Origin: Azolla caroliniana
Taxonomy: Eukaryota; Plantae; Polypodiophyta
Length of the DNA stretch: 64,000 bases
Assembly (NCBI GenBank): GCA_043228905.1
Contig: JBHGNT010000007.1
Span: 14,570,001-14,634,000, forward strand
Reading direction: 5' to 3'
Part shown: positions 1 to 14,558 of the stretch, in pieces
Layout: every line of letters begins with the position of its first letter
Numbering within the stretch: the stretch's first letter is position 1
The notes under the pieces: generated by a model
Told to the model about the DNA's origin: nothing
What the model saw: the letters and a program-made list of their open reading frames with translations, nothing else
Databases searched by the model: none
Position numbers and translations under genes: made by a program

Positions 1-148
1 AGATCATCAAGGAGGATAACGAAAGGTCATGAAAACCCGATGTAACGGTCATCCCTTCTGATATAAATGGGGCAGCCCCAAACAGTTTTAGGGATCCAGG
101 TTCTAGGAGAAGGAAACTATGTCATTCAGAGTACCGAAGCTCTCTCTC

Positions 149-182
<34 letters not shown>

Positions 183-821
183 GTTGCGGCCATTGGGTGT
201 AACGGCTCTCTCTGTCGTTGTTGTTGCCGTTGCCGTCGTCTACAACCACTATCTATTGCCCGTCTGCCATCGTGGTCTTCGTCTACCGTCATTGGTTCTT
301 GGCCATTGTCATCTCCGTTGCCACCGCTATCGTGTGTAGTCGTTGACATTGTCGTCGTTGTCGGTTGTCGCTATCACCTACGATTCTGACGACGTCATCG
401 GTTGAGTAAACGAGAGAGCATACATGTGCTTCTACACTCGTACCTAGCACGTAAGGCATCGATGCTCGGCTAAGTTTTTCTGTCCTTTTTGTCTTTTCTT
501 TCTTCTATCTTTTGAATTACAACATGACTTCTAGACGAAACCATAAGGAAACACACAAAGAAATTATAAGTAAGGAGGAATATTTAGATGTCCTTAACCG
601 TTTAGTTGAAATAGAAAAATGGCCGAAAGAGATTGAAGCCGAAAAATAGAAAGATAAGGAAGAAAGAGAACTGCTTATTGCTGAAGTAGCGAAAATTAAA
701 GTAGACACCGTGAACCTTCAAAAAAAATTTCCTTGAGACATCTAGGTAAGATGGTGAAATATCTTCCCTAGAGGATATTAAGGATGAGATAAAAAAGGTT
801 AAGGATGAGGTTTAAAGCGAT

Positions 822-1283
822 ATGGAATCAGCAAAAACTGGGTGGGTTGATGTAGTAAAATATAATATTAAAAAAGAACTAAAGGATGAAAACATTGTAA
901 ACACTACCCTTGAGGAGGAACAAATGTGTCAAGCTCGACGCCTAAATGAACTACTTATTGGGCTCAAGGAAGGGGCGTCTCCCGACGAAGATGCACAAAC
1001 ATTAGGGAAAATGTTGGGGTACGAAGCCCTACCAATCACTAAAACTTGGAGGGTAGGACGTGACTCCGCTAGGAAAAGAGCTTTAGTCCTTCAGTTTAAG
1101 GACTCAGAATCTAGAATTGCCTTTTTTAAAAAGAGACCCATTCTTCGAGGACTGGGCGGGGACCCTATCTCCCTCGATGACAACCTGACCAAGATGCAAA
1201 TTGAGCATCGTAAAACTTGTATGCAACGAGTCATACAAGCTCGTAAAGAGGGGCATCGTTGGTTATCTAATAAGACGCCTTGA
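822..1283 (+). pseudogene. LINE-a ORF1 fragment (coiled-coil plus RRM-like type)
   Basis: Motif order as in L2/CR1-type ORF1p; upstream part 460-820 frameshifted. Confidence 0.7.
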
Positions 1284-1459
1284 AGCTACCCACATGGTTA
1301 ACTCCTTCTGGGTGGCCCCATGCCCCATTGGTGCAAACCATAGCTTCCTATACTTTGAGCTAAAATATGGTAATTCCCACGCCACCAACTCCAGTCAACC
1401 AAACTATCACACCATAATACACTTCACGCATTAGCTCGCTGACATCTACTCTCAACATG

Positions 1460-4084
1460 TGTAGAGAATATGCGGAATAATCTTCCGCCACAACCGAGAC
1501 TTACATCACTTAATGATAAATAAACACAGTAAAAATGGAGAAATGGAAGTACACAAACAGAAGAGAATGCACAGGATGTTAGCGTGGAAAACACTAAACG
1601 GAAAAAACCACGGGAGCCCACAGACTCCGAACTATCACTATGTAAGGAGAATACAATAGGGGAACATAGAGGCAACGACCTCGTGCTCACAATCTTCGCC
1701 TGGTGGCGGTTACAACAAACACTCGCTCTGTCTCTCTCTTTGTTTCCCTCTACTACGCTCTATACAACAGTTACACCAATAACTCTATACAACAAATAAT
1801 GACAACAACAACCAAGAGTTTGCCCTAGGTCATATTTATACTAATATGACTTTCGGGCTATTTACAAATATAGCCCCAATGGGCTCTCTGGAACATATTT
1901 ACATATATGTCCCTTCATCTGGTTCTCACCAGGCCTTCATCATCCAGTTCTCATCGGGCCTTCATCATCCCATACGGAGGGACCGAGATCCTAACAAACT
2001 CCTCCTTCACTCCGGCATGGGATGCCTCGTCAGTCTGATCCGCTTCCGACATGCGTCCAACTTGCCGGGTGTCAGCACCTTGGTAAGCATATCTGACCCA
2101 TTGTCCTCCATGTGGATCTTCGTCAACCTGAACTCTCAATCTTTCACTCGCTCCCGAATCCAGTGGTACCTCCGTTGGATGTGCTTCGTCCTGGAATGAT
2201 ACGCTACGTTCTTCGCAAGGTGGATGGCACTTTGATTGTCCCAGTAGAGCCAGTATTCCTCATGCCGGATCCCTAGCTCTCCGATGAAGTCCTTCATCGA
2301 CAGTATTTCCTTCTCGCTCATGTGATACAATCTCTTGTGCCACAACTCATTGGCAGTGTCGGATGCCACGTTCACTTCTTCCCAGCATCTCCGGGCATTC
2401 ATCAAGTAAAGTGTGTTGAATTTTTAGGCTTGAGCCACTATTAAGCTCCCTTTGTAGAACTTCATGACACCGTTCCGGATGCTACCTGTGTAGCCTTCAT
2501 TATCTAGCCGACCGGCTGATATAAGGTTCAGTCGAACCTCCGGAATGTGTCGTACATCCTTCAACAGCAACTTGCATCTAGTTGATGTCGTCAACAACAC
2601 ATCTCCTATGCGGATAATTCGGCATGTCCCTTCATTCCCCATCCAGACACAGTCGTGCTCACCGGTTGTGTAGGATGAGAAGCATTTTTGGTCCAAGGTA
2701 AGGTGGAACAACGCTCCAGAATCGACAACCCACATTGTCTCGTCGCCGGCAAGGTTCAACTCACTCTCCTTGGTGATGAGCATCACCTCCTCTTCACTTG
2801 CCGCGATTGCCGTCGTTCCCTTCTGGTCTGGTCCTCTCCGGTCTTTGTCGTTCCTATCCGGTGACCACTTCGAATCGGTACTATCGGTTTCCTTGTCTTT
2901 CAGGAATAGCCAACAGTTCTTCTGGAAGTGCCCTGGCTTCCCACAGTAGAAGCAAGTGGGCCTTCCCCTTGACTTTGACCATGTCCCCGACTTTTCCCGG
3001 TTCTGGGGAGTCCGGTTCCTTTGTCTTCCGCGTTCTGATTCGGTAAGGAGCGCTTTGGAGTCAGAGATCGTATCCTTGTCTTTCTGACGTGCCTCCTTAT
3101 CTAGCAAGCTTGACTTAACTCTTGCTAGGGATAGTTGTTTTCCTTCCGGCCCGGCGTTGCCTAACGTGACAACTGATGTATTGCAGCTATCTGGGAGGGA
3201 ACCAAGCAGGAGTAGTGCTACTACCTCATCGGAGAGAGGTACTTCCAACGAGGTTGCCTGGTGTATTAGCCCCTGGAAGGCATTCATGTGCTCCGCCATA
3301 TTAGAGCCATCTTGGTACCGGAGTCTCACTAGCTTCCGAAATACCGAGACCCGATTAACAACATTTTTGTTCTGAAACACAATGTTGATCTTGTCCCAGA
3401 GCTCATGAGCCTTGCTCTCTTCATTGAATTTGTTGTACACGCTCATGTCAATGAAGCACCGGATGTACGCCGTTGTCTTTATGTGCATCACCTCCCACAC
3501 TGTGGCATCGATCTTGTCCGGTCTCTTGTCTCTGAACTAAACCGGCAACCAAAGATCTTTGACCACGAGCATGTCCCTCATCTTCGACTTCACACTGAGT
3601 AGTTGGAGCCGGTGAGCTTGAACATCCCGCCGAACGATTCTTCCATTTTCTGTTTTGTTCGCTCTGATACCAGTTTGTAGAGAATATGCGGACTAATGCT
3701 CGGCCACAACCAAGTCTTCGATTACTTCGTTGAGAATTATAACCACAAAAATGGGAATGTGGAGATAGATGCAAGTACACACAGAAAAACACTGAAAGAG
3801 AGTACACAATATGTTTACGTGGAAAACCCTAACCTGGAAAAAACCACAGGAGCCCACAGACTCCGAACTATGACTATGTAAGGAGAATACAACAGGGGAA
3901 CACAGAGGCAACGACCTCGTGCTCACAATCTTCGTCTGGCGGTGGTTACAACAGAGACTCCCTCTGTCTCTGTCTCTCTCTCTCGCTCTCACCAGGTCTG
4001 CATTATCCGGTTCTCATCGAGCCTTCATCATCCGGTTCTCACTGGACCTTCATCATCCCATCTGGAGGGACCGAGATCCTAACA
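1460..4084 (-). mobile_element. Ty1/Copia B (Tnt1/Tork-like), internally deleted (INT and RT lost)
   Basis: LTRs 1460-1996 and 3676-4084; TSD ACATG (1455-1459/4085-4089); PBS TGGTATCAGAGC (rc 3661-3672); PPT rc at ~1997-2010; gag-PR ORF 2424-3500 (CFYCGKPGHFQKNC, WVVDSGA) joined to RNase H end (HSRTKHI). Confidence 0.92.
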
Positions 4085-4321
4085 ACATGTTCAAGCCCAT
4101 CTCTCCTCTTTTGATTCTTTCTTTCCCTTAGAGAACCTCACTATAGAACTCACACACATCCTTCAGTCAACAACAATTAGTAGCTTCCCATACACGAAAG
4201 ACTCTGATCATAGTAGAATAGGATCTATGTCACAGAACAAGTGGTGTGATGAGGATTGTTGAGAGTTGTATAGACAACTTATAGTGTCGCAACTTAGTGG
4301 CACTATTTCCTCAGTAAAGAG

Positions 4322-6595
4322 ATGCACAAGATGACACGTCATAAAAGACGAGCTTGGGAAGCATCTCAATATTGGGAACTCTACCATATGATCATGAGTA
4401 GGGACCGCTCCCTTGCATGGAAGAGACTATGGGAACCGAGACCACAAACACCCAACGAGGACCCCAATATTTGGCACACATATATCGAGAGACTCTACCA
4501 TGTCCCGGACCAACCATGCATTCCAATGCCTTCCACACCTCGACCTACCATGGGGACACTTTTCACGACCTCTAGGGTCACGAAGGTCATAAAGAAATTA
4601 CAACATAGGAAATTCATTGACCACACAGTATTGCGAGGCAAGCACATCATATATGCTCGAGAACGCCTAGCCCCCCTTCAAATTCTAATCTTCAACCGTG
4701 CCCTCGCCGAGGGTTTTCCACCACAATGAGCCATGAACACAGTTGCCCCTATACATAAAGGAGGGGACCCAATGGACCCAAATACATATAGGACTATTAT
4801 GATAGGTCATACGCTCGCTAAACTATATGGTGTAGTAATGGAAGCGGAGCTCAGTGATTATATGAAAACATTAAGTCTTCGAGCACCTAAGCAGGCTGGC
4901 TTTAGATGAGCCTTCTCCACTATTGACCATATCTTCACACTTCAGTGCTTAATTGACTAGACGAAGGCTCATAAGAAGAAACTATATTGTTGCTTTGTGG
5001 ACTTCCGCAAAGCCTTTGACACAGTTCCTAGGGAGAGGTTGTTTGATAGACTTAAGAGCTTGGAGATACCAAATGACATGATCTGGTTCATTTATGCCCT
5101 ATATGAGCAAGTCTCTGGGTGCATAAGATGCCCATGTGGCCTATCCGATTGTTTCACTAGCACCATTGGTGTGAAACAGGTTTGCCCCCTATCATCGCTT
5201 CTTTTTGGGATCTACATTGATGAGATCACTGATTTTATTGCTCTTAAGGGAGGCAAGGGAGTAGCTATTGGGGATACGCAAGTTAGTCTCTTACTCTATG
5301 CATACGACATTGTCTTGCTCTTGGAGTCGGAACACGACCTACAAAAGCATCTTAATGCCCTAAATGACTTTTGTACACAACGAGGACTAGTAGTGAATCT
5401 AGTGAAAACTAAAGTCCTTATCTTTCATACATCGTCCCGAGTTAGGAGTAAATGTCACCTAATCATCTCTCATAATTTAGTTGAGGTCATGGGACCATAT
5501 GTATACTTGGGAGTCACTTTTAGTGCTCACTCAGGTAAATTCTCGATGACCCAGGCAGCCAAAGATAGGCTAACAAGAGGGTATGCATCCCTCTCACTCT
5601 TAGAGAGACAATGTCACCAGGCATACTTTCAAGAGCCATGGACTAAGGGATGGCTCTTCGACTCATTAGTGACCCCTTCACTCATGTATGCATTAGTAGT
5701 ATGGACTCCAGGTCTACCATCTTTCATGTGGACGCAATTAGAGAGACCTTTGGTGACGATGTTATCACGTCAACTTTGAAGCAAATCGACAGTACCACAT
5801 GACATTATTAGAGCAAAGTTCAGTCTACCCCCGATGTTAGTAGAAGCACTCTTTCAAGTGGTAGTTTCTAGTCATCAGATACATAGTCAACCACAAGATA
5901 GGATATCCCGTCGAGCCTTTGAAGCCTCCCGATCTCTACATGCATCTGGAGACACTAGCTCTTGGTATAGAATTGTAGTGAGTTGGCTACTTGCAAACGG
6001 CATAGACATTAATAACCTACCTCCCCTTAAGTACAACCATGGGACCGTTCAAACTCTAATCTCTCATGAAGGACATAATAAAGTGATATGCCAAGAAATA
6101 TGGCAAAATTACACTCGATATAAATGGATCACCCCACGAGAATCATTCCCATCGAAAATGTTGTACTATTAGGAACACTTCTTGCACTTCTCTAAGTTAG
6201 GTTTTATTACACAACCAAGATATCTAGTTACATTCTTATCAAATGCACTAAGGGTGGCCATTGGACAACTTAGGATATCATCTCACCAACTTGAGATTGA
6301 GAATGGTCGGGCTAATAGAGTCCCTAGAGAGGAAAGGCTATGTAGGTTATGCCACATAGAGATAGAGGATGAGTATCACTTCACATGCAAGAGCCCAACT
6401 TATGCCAAGATACGGGTAGAATACCAAGACATATTAGGACCCCCTCCCACCCTCTCCAAACTATTAGATACCCCGAGTGTAAAGAGACTAGGTAGGTATA
6501 TCTTAGAACTAAAACAAGTAAGGGAGAATAAATTACAAAGTGTTAACCATAACCCTTTTACTATTCATCAACATGTAACTAGTGTAATTTTTTAG
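4322..6595 (+). pseudogene. LINE-a ORF2 reverse transcriptase plus C-terminal Cys/His domain, multiple stops
   Basis: ORFs 4322-4729, 4997-5779, 5834-6172, 6182-6595 carry consecutive RT and C-terminal motifs. Confidence 0.85.
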
Positions 6596-7369
6596 GAACA
6601 AGGGGAGATGATGAATGTGGATACACTTACGCCGCTTGGCCTCTCCCTTGGGGAAGCAGAAATGCAAATAACAACCAAACGCCCTTGGATGTTGGGCTTC
6701 AAAACAAGTCGACGTGGAGTAGAAAGATTAAGAAGATAAGGGAACGTGAGCTACGTCGACTAGAAGCTATGGTTGGGGTATATCTTACATTGGGACCACG
6801 GGCCACATCCACATCACAACCCTTTGACCTCCCGCGTCTCTTCGACAGACTTGGATGGAAATGAAATTAGGTCTGGTTTAATATTTTTTTCATTGTAGAA
6901 CATGTTTTTTATATAGAACAGGTTTGTTATTTTCTAAGAACTATTTAGCTTTAACTCTATTTTTATCTTATTTTTATTTTTACTTTCGATGAATGGGTAA
7001 ATATCCCATTTTGTTTGTAAACCATTTGTCTCATGGGCCAAATTTGGCCTTAGAAGACATTAATATATCTTTCTTTCTTCTTTCTTTCTCTCTCTCTCTC
7101 TCTCTCCGATTACGACTGACGACCATACTCCGGAAGATTGGTTGTACTCCCTGCGCATCACACGCACATTCTCACTAATACTGTTAATCTATTCTGTTGT
7201 CTTGTGTTGCAATTCTGTCATATCACGCTATAACGGTGACCTACGGCCGTCTCACTCATGTCCCTCTCTATTATGTCTACGGTCTGCGTGTACGCAATGC
7301 GTGGGATATTCCTCTCCTTTGCTTGATTCCTTAATGTCTACACATCCATGCGGAATTCCATGACATCTT

Positions 7370-7385
7370 TGGTTAACCCGACGTG
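7370..7385 (+). promoter_or_regulatory. Primer binding site complementary to tRNA-Trp 3' end
   Basis: TGGTTAACCCGACGTG vs plant tRNA-Trp complement TGGTGAACCCGACGTGA (1 mismatch), 4 nt after LTR end. Confidence 0.8.
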
Positions 7386-7438
7386 GAAAGGGCTCGCAAA
7401 GGAATCTGAAGATACGAGGAAGCGAACTCGCCGAAGCA

Positions 7439-8634
7439 ATGGTGGTGGCGAGAGACCACCTGGTTATCGCTCGCGAGGGCACGAGTGCCCTTGACAGGGT
7501 CATAGGAACGACGGTCGACAAGATGGGCCGGTTTAATGGGAAAAACACCACGAGTTACTTGGAGGCCTACAAGGCTGAGATGCAGATGAGGAATATTCTA
7601 GAAGATAGACGGTTGACCGAGTTTCCTCAGGTCATAACGCCAAGCATCCATGTGGAAGTGCTTGAGGTACAAGTGAACTATCGTAATTGGGCAAACTTTG
7701 AGGGACGGATCTTTGAATGGTACAACTTCGAGGACTCGCTCCGGTTGTCAAAGGAAGATTTCATGGATTGGGTTGACAGCCCTGGCAAAGGTCAAAACGC
7801 ATCGATGCTCCTTCAGGAGTTCAAGTCGTGGTTTGCACAACTCTCCACATTGGACCATACCGTGCTTGACACGAATAAGGTTCTGTTGTTTGTTAAGTCG
7901 TTCGACTTGTTCAACCGCGATAATGTGGGTCTCCTCTTCGAGACGAATGAAGGGCTCACGGTTGACTGGGTTGTGGTCAAAGGAGTATGTGGCACGATCG
8001 ACAAACGGCGAGACTAGAAAGAGGAGGGTTCCTCGACAATCGGTTTGACGCCAAAGACAAGGGTCAAAGCTAACGCCGACCCGAACAAAAGAAATGAGGA
8101 AGTTGCCCAAGTTGGGCCAAACTCCGACCAATGTAGCCGTGGGACAATCCGGGGATGCGCCTCTGGTGGAGCTGACGAAGATGGTGCGTGATCTCCAGAT
8201 TGCTTAGGCCCGAAGGAGCGACGGAGACCAACTGCGCGATCGACATCAGACAATCAACCAACAGTGCTTATGGTGTGATGTCATCGGCCACGCCCAGAGA
8301 GACTATGCCGACTTTGGGGAAGCACTCAAAAATGACGTGGTGTACCTTTGGAATGGCACACTGCACGCAAGTAACATGCGCAAAATGCTCGAAGTAAACA
8401 CCGGACGAGGCAGCATGAAGAGGTTGATGGAGGAGGTTGCGGCGTGGCACATCGAGGCTATCCACCACTCGGCCTCAGCCGGCATCCGCGTGGGTACAAA
8501 GGCCATTAGCACTGATGCAAACCCCGGATTTTACCCGGTGGTACTAGAGACCTTCTCCAAAGTGAAGTTGAAGAAGGGAGAAGCAGACCGCACCGAAAGA
8601 CGTGTACACGATGTCATCGGATGGAGCGATCCGG
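7439..8634 (+). pseudogene. Gypsy A gag region (resumes at 15831)
   Basis: ORFs 7439-8017 and 8337-8634; homologous to gag at 34480-35150. Confidence 0.75.
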
Positions 8635-11600
8635 TGTTGTGTGATTCTTCACACACTATGTAAAAATATAATGAATTTATTATTTTAGATTAGATTAGTG
8701 GCTTGGTATTAAAAGATAGACATCTTCAATACCTTCAAAACACATTTTACTACATATAAAATGGACAACTGCATATCAAGTTATGTGAATATGAAGTTTG
8801 AGAAGATAGGAAAAATAGAATTGTGAAATACCTCACACAGATAGGAAATTTTAGAATCCAACTATATAAGAAGATTGAGAACCATTAGTTCTCATCTATG
8901 TGTTTGGAGCATAAAAGGAATGGTTGGACTTGGGTCACTTTGTTTAGATGGACATATGTGGCTAAGTCACCGGATGTGGCTAAGTTGTCCAAACCTGTCG
9001 GTGATGGAACTTGAACCGACTGGCGAAGGAACAAGAACTGGTCTGCGATAGAGCCGGCAACCGGCAACTGGACAGAACCGGCAACCGACCGAACCGGTAA
9101 CGGAACGGAACCAGAAACGGTTGGCGACAAAACCGGCGACAAAGCCAGGAACCAACGATGGAACCAATCGGGCGGAGACCGAACGGATTGAGATGGAAGG
9201 ATGATAGGATCATGCGGTGAATTAAAGTAAAGTAAAGTAAAGTAAAGGCCATGTGGACGCATGCAACTGAAGTTGGAGGGCATTCATAAAGTAAAGGTCA
9301 TGTGGAAGGCATGCAAAGAAAAGGTGGAGGCCATGGAACTACAATAAACGCCATGTGAGACGCATGCAATGGAAATTGAGATGCAAACTGAAGTTCCTTC
9401 ATGCAAGTGTATTGGTGGGGACAACACTAGGAATCCTAGTTTTTTTAGGAGTTCTATCCCCTCAAGGAGACTAAAACCCTAATTTTTGGGATCAAAGCCA
9501 TATCACTCGTATAACCCTAATTTTCCTTATGAATGCCATATCTCATTGTTGAGAATCAAGCTCAACTTGGTCTAGTGTGTGAACTCACCTTGAGAGTGAA
9601 TAGACACTCCAACGGTCAAGAGTCACCATTCTGTCACCTCTTTGTATTTTAGCATTTAGTATGAGTCATAGAATCATATTCTATGACACATAACTTATGA
9701 GCTTTCACATTCCCCATGCTCCATGAGTCTTTTAATTAATGAAGAGAGAGGGTGACTATATAAGGAACCCTCCTCCCACCTATATAAGGACAAGGCGGAC
9801 GAGGTCTGACCTACGATAATAACTCCCAATTTCGGCCGCAAAACGGAAGCCAATGAGGAACCTTCGCAAGAAGGGGGAGCTTCCACTCCGGCCCGAGCCG
9901 TCAAAACGCAACCGAATGCGGATATTGCGGAAAGCTCGGCAACCACAAAGAAGAGTGCCGAAAGAAGATGCGTGAATCGGCTTCCACAAGCCGACAACTC
10001 ACGAATTACGTGCACAATTCTGACTACGAAGAGTATAGCGGATTGTATAGGCACAGCTCCGACTACGAGGATCGTGGCGGAATGTTCATAATGAAACATA
10101 GAGCAAACTCTATGTCGGCCTCTACCTCAACTAGTTCCCTCAATCCGGAGGACGTATGGTTTGTGGACTCCGGAGCCTCAAACCATATGACATCTCATAA
10201 AGAATGGTTTCTCGAACTTCGAGAGCCGGAGCGACCCGGTTATGTCGAAACCAGAGATGACACTACGCACCCGATTCGGCACATCGGCATTGTTCCATTC
10301 GGAAAAGAAGGTAAGAAAAATTACATTAAAAATGTCCTGCATGTATCGACCATTACGAAGAATTTGGTCTCCGTCGGCCAAATTGTAGAGCAAGGGATGC
10401 AAGTTCGATTTAATCAAGGCGGTTGCTTCATCGAAAAAGAGGGCCAACTCATCACACACGGACGAAGAGAGGGCTGAATGTTCATTTCGACTCACACGAG
10501 ATGAAATCCGCCATGTTCGCAAAGGGCATGAAAGCCGACTCCGACATAGAGTTGTGGCACAAGCGAATTGGCCACATCAATCTCAACAAACTCAAAGCAA
10601 TGAAATCGAAAGGAGTCGTCATCGGACTCCCGACATTCAAAGAGAAGGAGATTGAAGGTGTATGCAAAGCATGCCAATTCGGCAAGCAACACAGACACCC
10701 ATTCCCGAAAGAGCAGAATGTGAGCAAAGGTCTACTCAACATAGTCCATTCCGACGTATGGGGACCGGCGCAGACGGCTACATTCGGCGGATGCCCATAT
10801 TACATGCTCTTCATCGACGACTTTTCTAGGCACACTTGGATCTATCCGATGCGGCAAAAGAGCGAAGTGTTGGGACACTTCCAAAAATTCAAGAATGAAG
10901 TCGATAAAGCCACGGGCCGACATGTACGATGTCTCCAATTGGATGGCAACAAGGAGTACTTCTCGGACGATTTCACGGCGTATCTCCGAAAGGAAGGAAT
11001 TCGGCGAGAATTCACTTGCCGACACACTCTGCAACAAAACGGAGTAGCCGAGCGCAAAAATCGGCACATCCTCGAAGTAGCGCGGGCCATGATGAACGAG
11101 AAGCATATGCCCAAGTCATATTGGGCTGAAGTTGCAAATACGGTCGTCTACCTAATGAACCGGTCACTACGCATGAAAAATACTTCTGAAAGAAGCAAGA
11201 CTAATCACACACTCGGATATTCGGCGCAATAGCGTACGTGTACATCCCCGACGAGAAGTGTCAAAAGCTTGACCCGAAGTCGGAGAAATGTATCCTCGTA
11301 GGATACTCATTGGAGCAAAAGGGGTACAAGTGCTACAACCCCTCAACTCGAAAATCTCGAGTAAGTCGAGACATCGTTTTTGACAAGTCTGCATCCTGGT
11401 ACACACTAGAGACAACTTCGACTCCGACTCCGCTCGACCCGGAATCCACCGAACAAGAGATCGAGGATGAAGATTGCCCTATGCGCATGATGGAAGAAAG
11501 GCCGATCACGACCCGACTGAGCGGACCACAAGAGCCTTTGAGCGATCAAAGCACATCACGACCTAGCCCGAAGATGGACAAAGGCAAGGCGAAAATGGCG

Positions 11601-12208
11601 GAATACGCAGACGATCGCGTCGACGACGATGAGTCGACTCACTCACTCCACAGTGAGTTCAGCGACTTCGATGTTCCAATCAGAGCTAATAAAGCCCTCA
11701 TCTCTGCAAATGAAAAGCTCCGCCGATCCACTCGTGAAAACAACCCCATAAGCCGATTCGGCTACAACGATTATATGGCGTACCATTACGCCTTTATGAT
11801 GAAGGTAGTGACAATACAGGAGCCGCAAACCTTTTCCGAAGCCGCGAAAGATCCGCGATGGATCGAGGCAATGAATGAGGAGATGCAGGCCCTACGGAAG
11901 AACGAGACGTGGGATCTCGTTCCCACCTCCCCACACAAAAAGGCGATCGGATGCAGATGGATTTACAAAGTGAAGTACAACGCTAACGGTTCTGTCAACC
12001 GCTACAAAGCGCGACTCGTAACGTTTCACTACGCACAAATGCACGGAGTTGACTACGAAGAGACCTTTGCCCCGGTGGCAAAGATGACGACGGTACGAAC
12101 CGTAATTGCGTTTGCCGCGGCGAAACGGTGGCACCTCCATCAAATGGACGTCAAGAATGCCTTTTTACAAGGCGAATTAGAAGAGGTGTACATGATACAA
12201 CCACCCGG

Positions 12209-12986
12209 TGTCGTGAAGAATTTCGGCTAGAGGCGGAAACCGGGAAACATTGGCTACATCGGCGGGGTGCAGCGTGTGTGCTCACCCATGTACATTTAGT
12301 GTGAATAACGAGGGCGCCTTTATGGCGCCGAAGAGTAGTCAAGTCGGGACAGACGATCCCATGTAAGTCAGGATTTATCCCACATTGTAACGCATCCCTC
12401 TCCTTGTTCTATAAAAGGAAGGGAGCGCCCTTTGTGAAGGGGTTGCCCATTTTGCGTTAGAGGGTATACCGTTAGATTTAGAGTTAGTAACATTTCTTCT
12501 TCTTCTTCTTCTTCTTCTTCTTCTTCCCCCTTCGTGTTCGCTTAGGGTTTGCTTCAGCTCGTCTCCTGCGCAAGACCCTGCTCGGCGGGACAAGCCCGTG
12601 AGCTCCCCGACCGGCGGCTTGGCAGCTGACGACTACTGTAACCTACCTCGGTCCGGCTCGAAGCCGGGAATGTATTCTTCCTTTTATATATATACATTTG
12701 CGTCTGTCTGTGTATATTCGCTTCTCCGTTGGTGTCGGGTGCTTCCCCTTTCCTGCGTTTCCTGTACATAAGGGCGTGAGTCGGGTCGGCATGTGTGTGT
12801 ATGTGTGTGCGCGAGTCGATGTTAAGCGTGTGCTCCCTCTCTTTCTCTCTCTCCCTTCGGTCGCTTCCGATGTGCTTCTGGGATGCCCCGGAAACGGTGA
12901 AGCACAACTTCCTACATTCCGTCACTCCCTAGTCCAAGACCCCCGTGGTCCCGCCTTTCTCCACGCACGCGCGTAACAACGCGACA
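12209..12986. mobile_element. Gypsy-type solo LTR (778 bp) inserted in Copia C RT
   Basis: TGTCG...CGACA; TSD CCGG (12205-12208/12987-12990); removal restores QPPGF; contains (CTT)n at ~12496-12525. Confidence 0.88.
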
Positions 12987-13806
12987 CCGGCTTCAACTCA
13001 AGCACCCATCTGAAAGCTATATGCCGACCCAAGAAGCCACTCTACGGCCTCAAGCAAGCACTGCGTGCTTGGCATTCGAAGATAACGCAATATCTTCATC
13101 AAATCGGCTTCCGTATGTCAAAATCGGACAACTCCCTCTACATACGAAGAGATTCCGCAAGTCTTCTCGTCATCATCTTATATGTGGATGACCTAGTCGT
13201 TGGAGGTGAGCATCTCGTCGAAATCAATAAGGTCAAATCCCTCCTTTCCGACAAGTTCGAGATGACGGACATAAAGGAGCTCTACTACTTCCTTGGCATC
13301 GAGGTAATTCGGACTCCGGCCGGAATCATGATCTCTCAACGGCACTACATTCTCAACTTGTTATACAAGTTCGGTATGGCTGAGTGCAAATCCGTCGCAA
13401 CCCCACTCGATTGCAATCTCAAACTGGATGCGAACTCTGACACCAAAGCGTGTGAGCCGACTCAGTATCGGCAACTCATCGGGAATCTCATCTACCTCAC
13501 GATCACTCGACCCGATCTTAGTTATCCGGTCGGTCTCCTTAGTCAATTCATGCAAACACCACGTGATATTCACTTGGATTGCGCTAAGCAAGTTCTACGA
13601 TACGTGAGCGTCACAATGGATTGCGGCATCCTCTACAAGACCGCGATGCCAATACGCCTGAAGGGGTACACAGACGCCGATTGGGCCGGCTACAAAGCTG
13701 ATAGAAAATCAACCTCCGGATTTGTTTTCTCCCTCGGCAGTAGAGAAATATCCTGGAGCAGCAAAAATCAACCAACCGTCACTCTTTCGAGCACAGAGGC
13801 GGAATA

Positions 13807-14558
13807 TGACGGGAACTCAAGGCTCCTTATGTCCAACGCTTGGCCACAACCGAGATTCTTTTCATACACAGTAAACGGGAAACAAATGCATAACACAAAG
13901 GAGAGAAAACAAAGGTAGACAGGATGTTTATGTGGAAAACCCCAAACTAGGGGAAAAACCACGGCAGCCCACAGGCTGCAAACTGTCACTATGTAAGAAT
14001 GTACAAAACAGTGAGTTCACGGAGGCAACGACCTCGAACTCACGATCTTCGCCACAGGCGGCGGTTACATCAGAGGCAGCGATCTCTTTCTCTCTTTCTC
14101 TCTCTCTCTCTCTACAACGTTACATACTCTCTCTTCTTCTTGCACCAGCAAGAAAATGACAACAACTCATACTATTAGTTTGCCCTAACTCATATTTATA
14201 CTAATATGACTTTTCGGCTATTTACAAATATAGCCTCGATGGACTATCAAAAAACATATTTACGAATATGTCTCTTCATCCGGTTCTCCGTAGCCGGGTA
14301 CTCCTCATCCGGTCTTCACCGGGTCTGCATCATCCAGCCCTCCGTAGACGGGTACTCCTCATCCGGTCTTCATACCGGGTCTGCATCATCCGGCTCTCCG
14401 TAGCCGGGTACTCCTCATCCGGTCGTCATACCGGGTCTGCATCATCCGGCTCTCAGTAGCCGGGTCCACCTCATACGGTTTCGGCCTCGGCCTTGGCCGA
14501 GTTTGTTCATCGGCACTGTTCTTCTCCCTTCCCATCCGGAGGGACCTGTCTCCCAACA
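13807..14558 (-). mobile_element. Copia-type solo LTR with 54-bp tandem repeats, inserted in Copia C RNase H
   Basis: TGACGGG...CCCAACA; TSD GAATA (13802-13806/14559-14563); removal restores EAEYRGAA; homologous to LTRs of Copia B and to 41373-43085. Confidence 0.9.

Larger units (their letters stand above)
181..7088 (+). mobile_element. Non-LTR retrotransposon LINE-a (RTE-X/L2-group-like), degenerate, probably near full length at the 5' end; endonuclease region largely deleted; interrupted by Copia B
   Basis: (GTY)n-rich 5' leader; ORF1-like 822-1283 (RVG..R.LV.F..SLDDNLT); RT motifs QAGFR, VDFRKAFD, GVKQ.CPLS, LLYAYDIVL in 4322-5779; C-terminal LRISSHQLEIENGR..LCRLC..EDEYHF (6182-6595); (TTTC)n tail 7068-7088. 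Confidence 0.85.
1..7365 (+). repeat. 5' LTR of Gypsy A (partial, interrupted at its (CT)n tract by LINE-a, ~181-7088)
   Basis: Collinear with the 3' LTR on both sides of the CT tract; ends ...GGAATTCCATGACA followed by PBS. Confidence 0.85.

Noticed and set aside
67-349. Short ORFs with SLSLSL/RERERE runs (also 17704-18154, 12375-12593)
   Set aside because: Translations of (CT)n/(CTT)n microsatellites and the LINE leader
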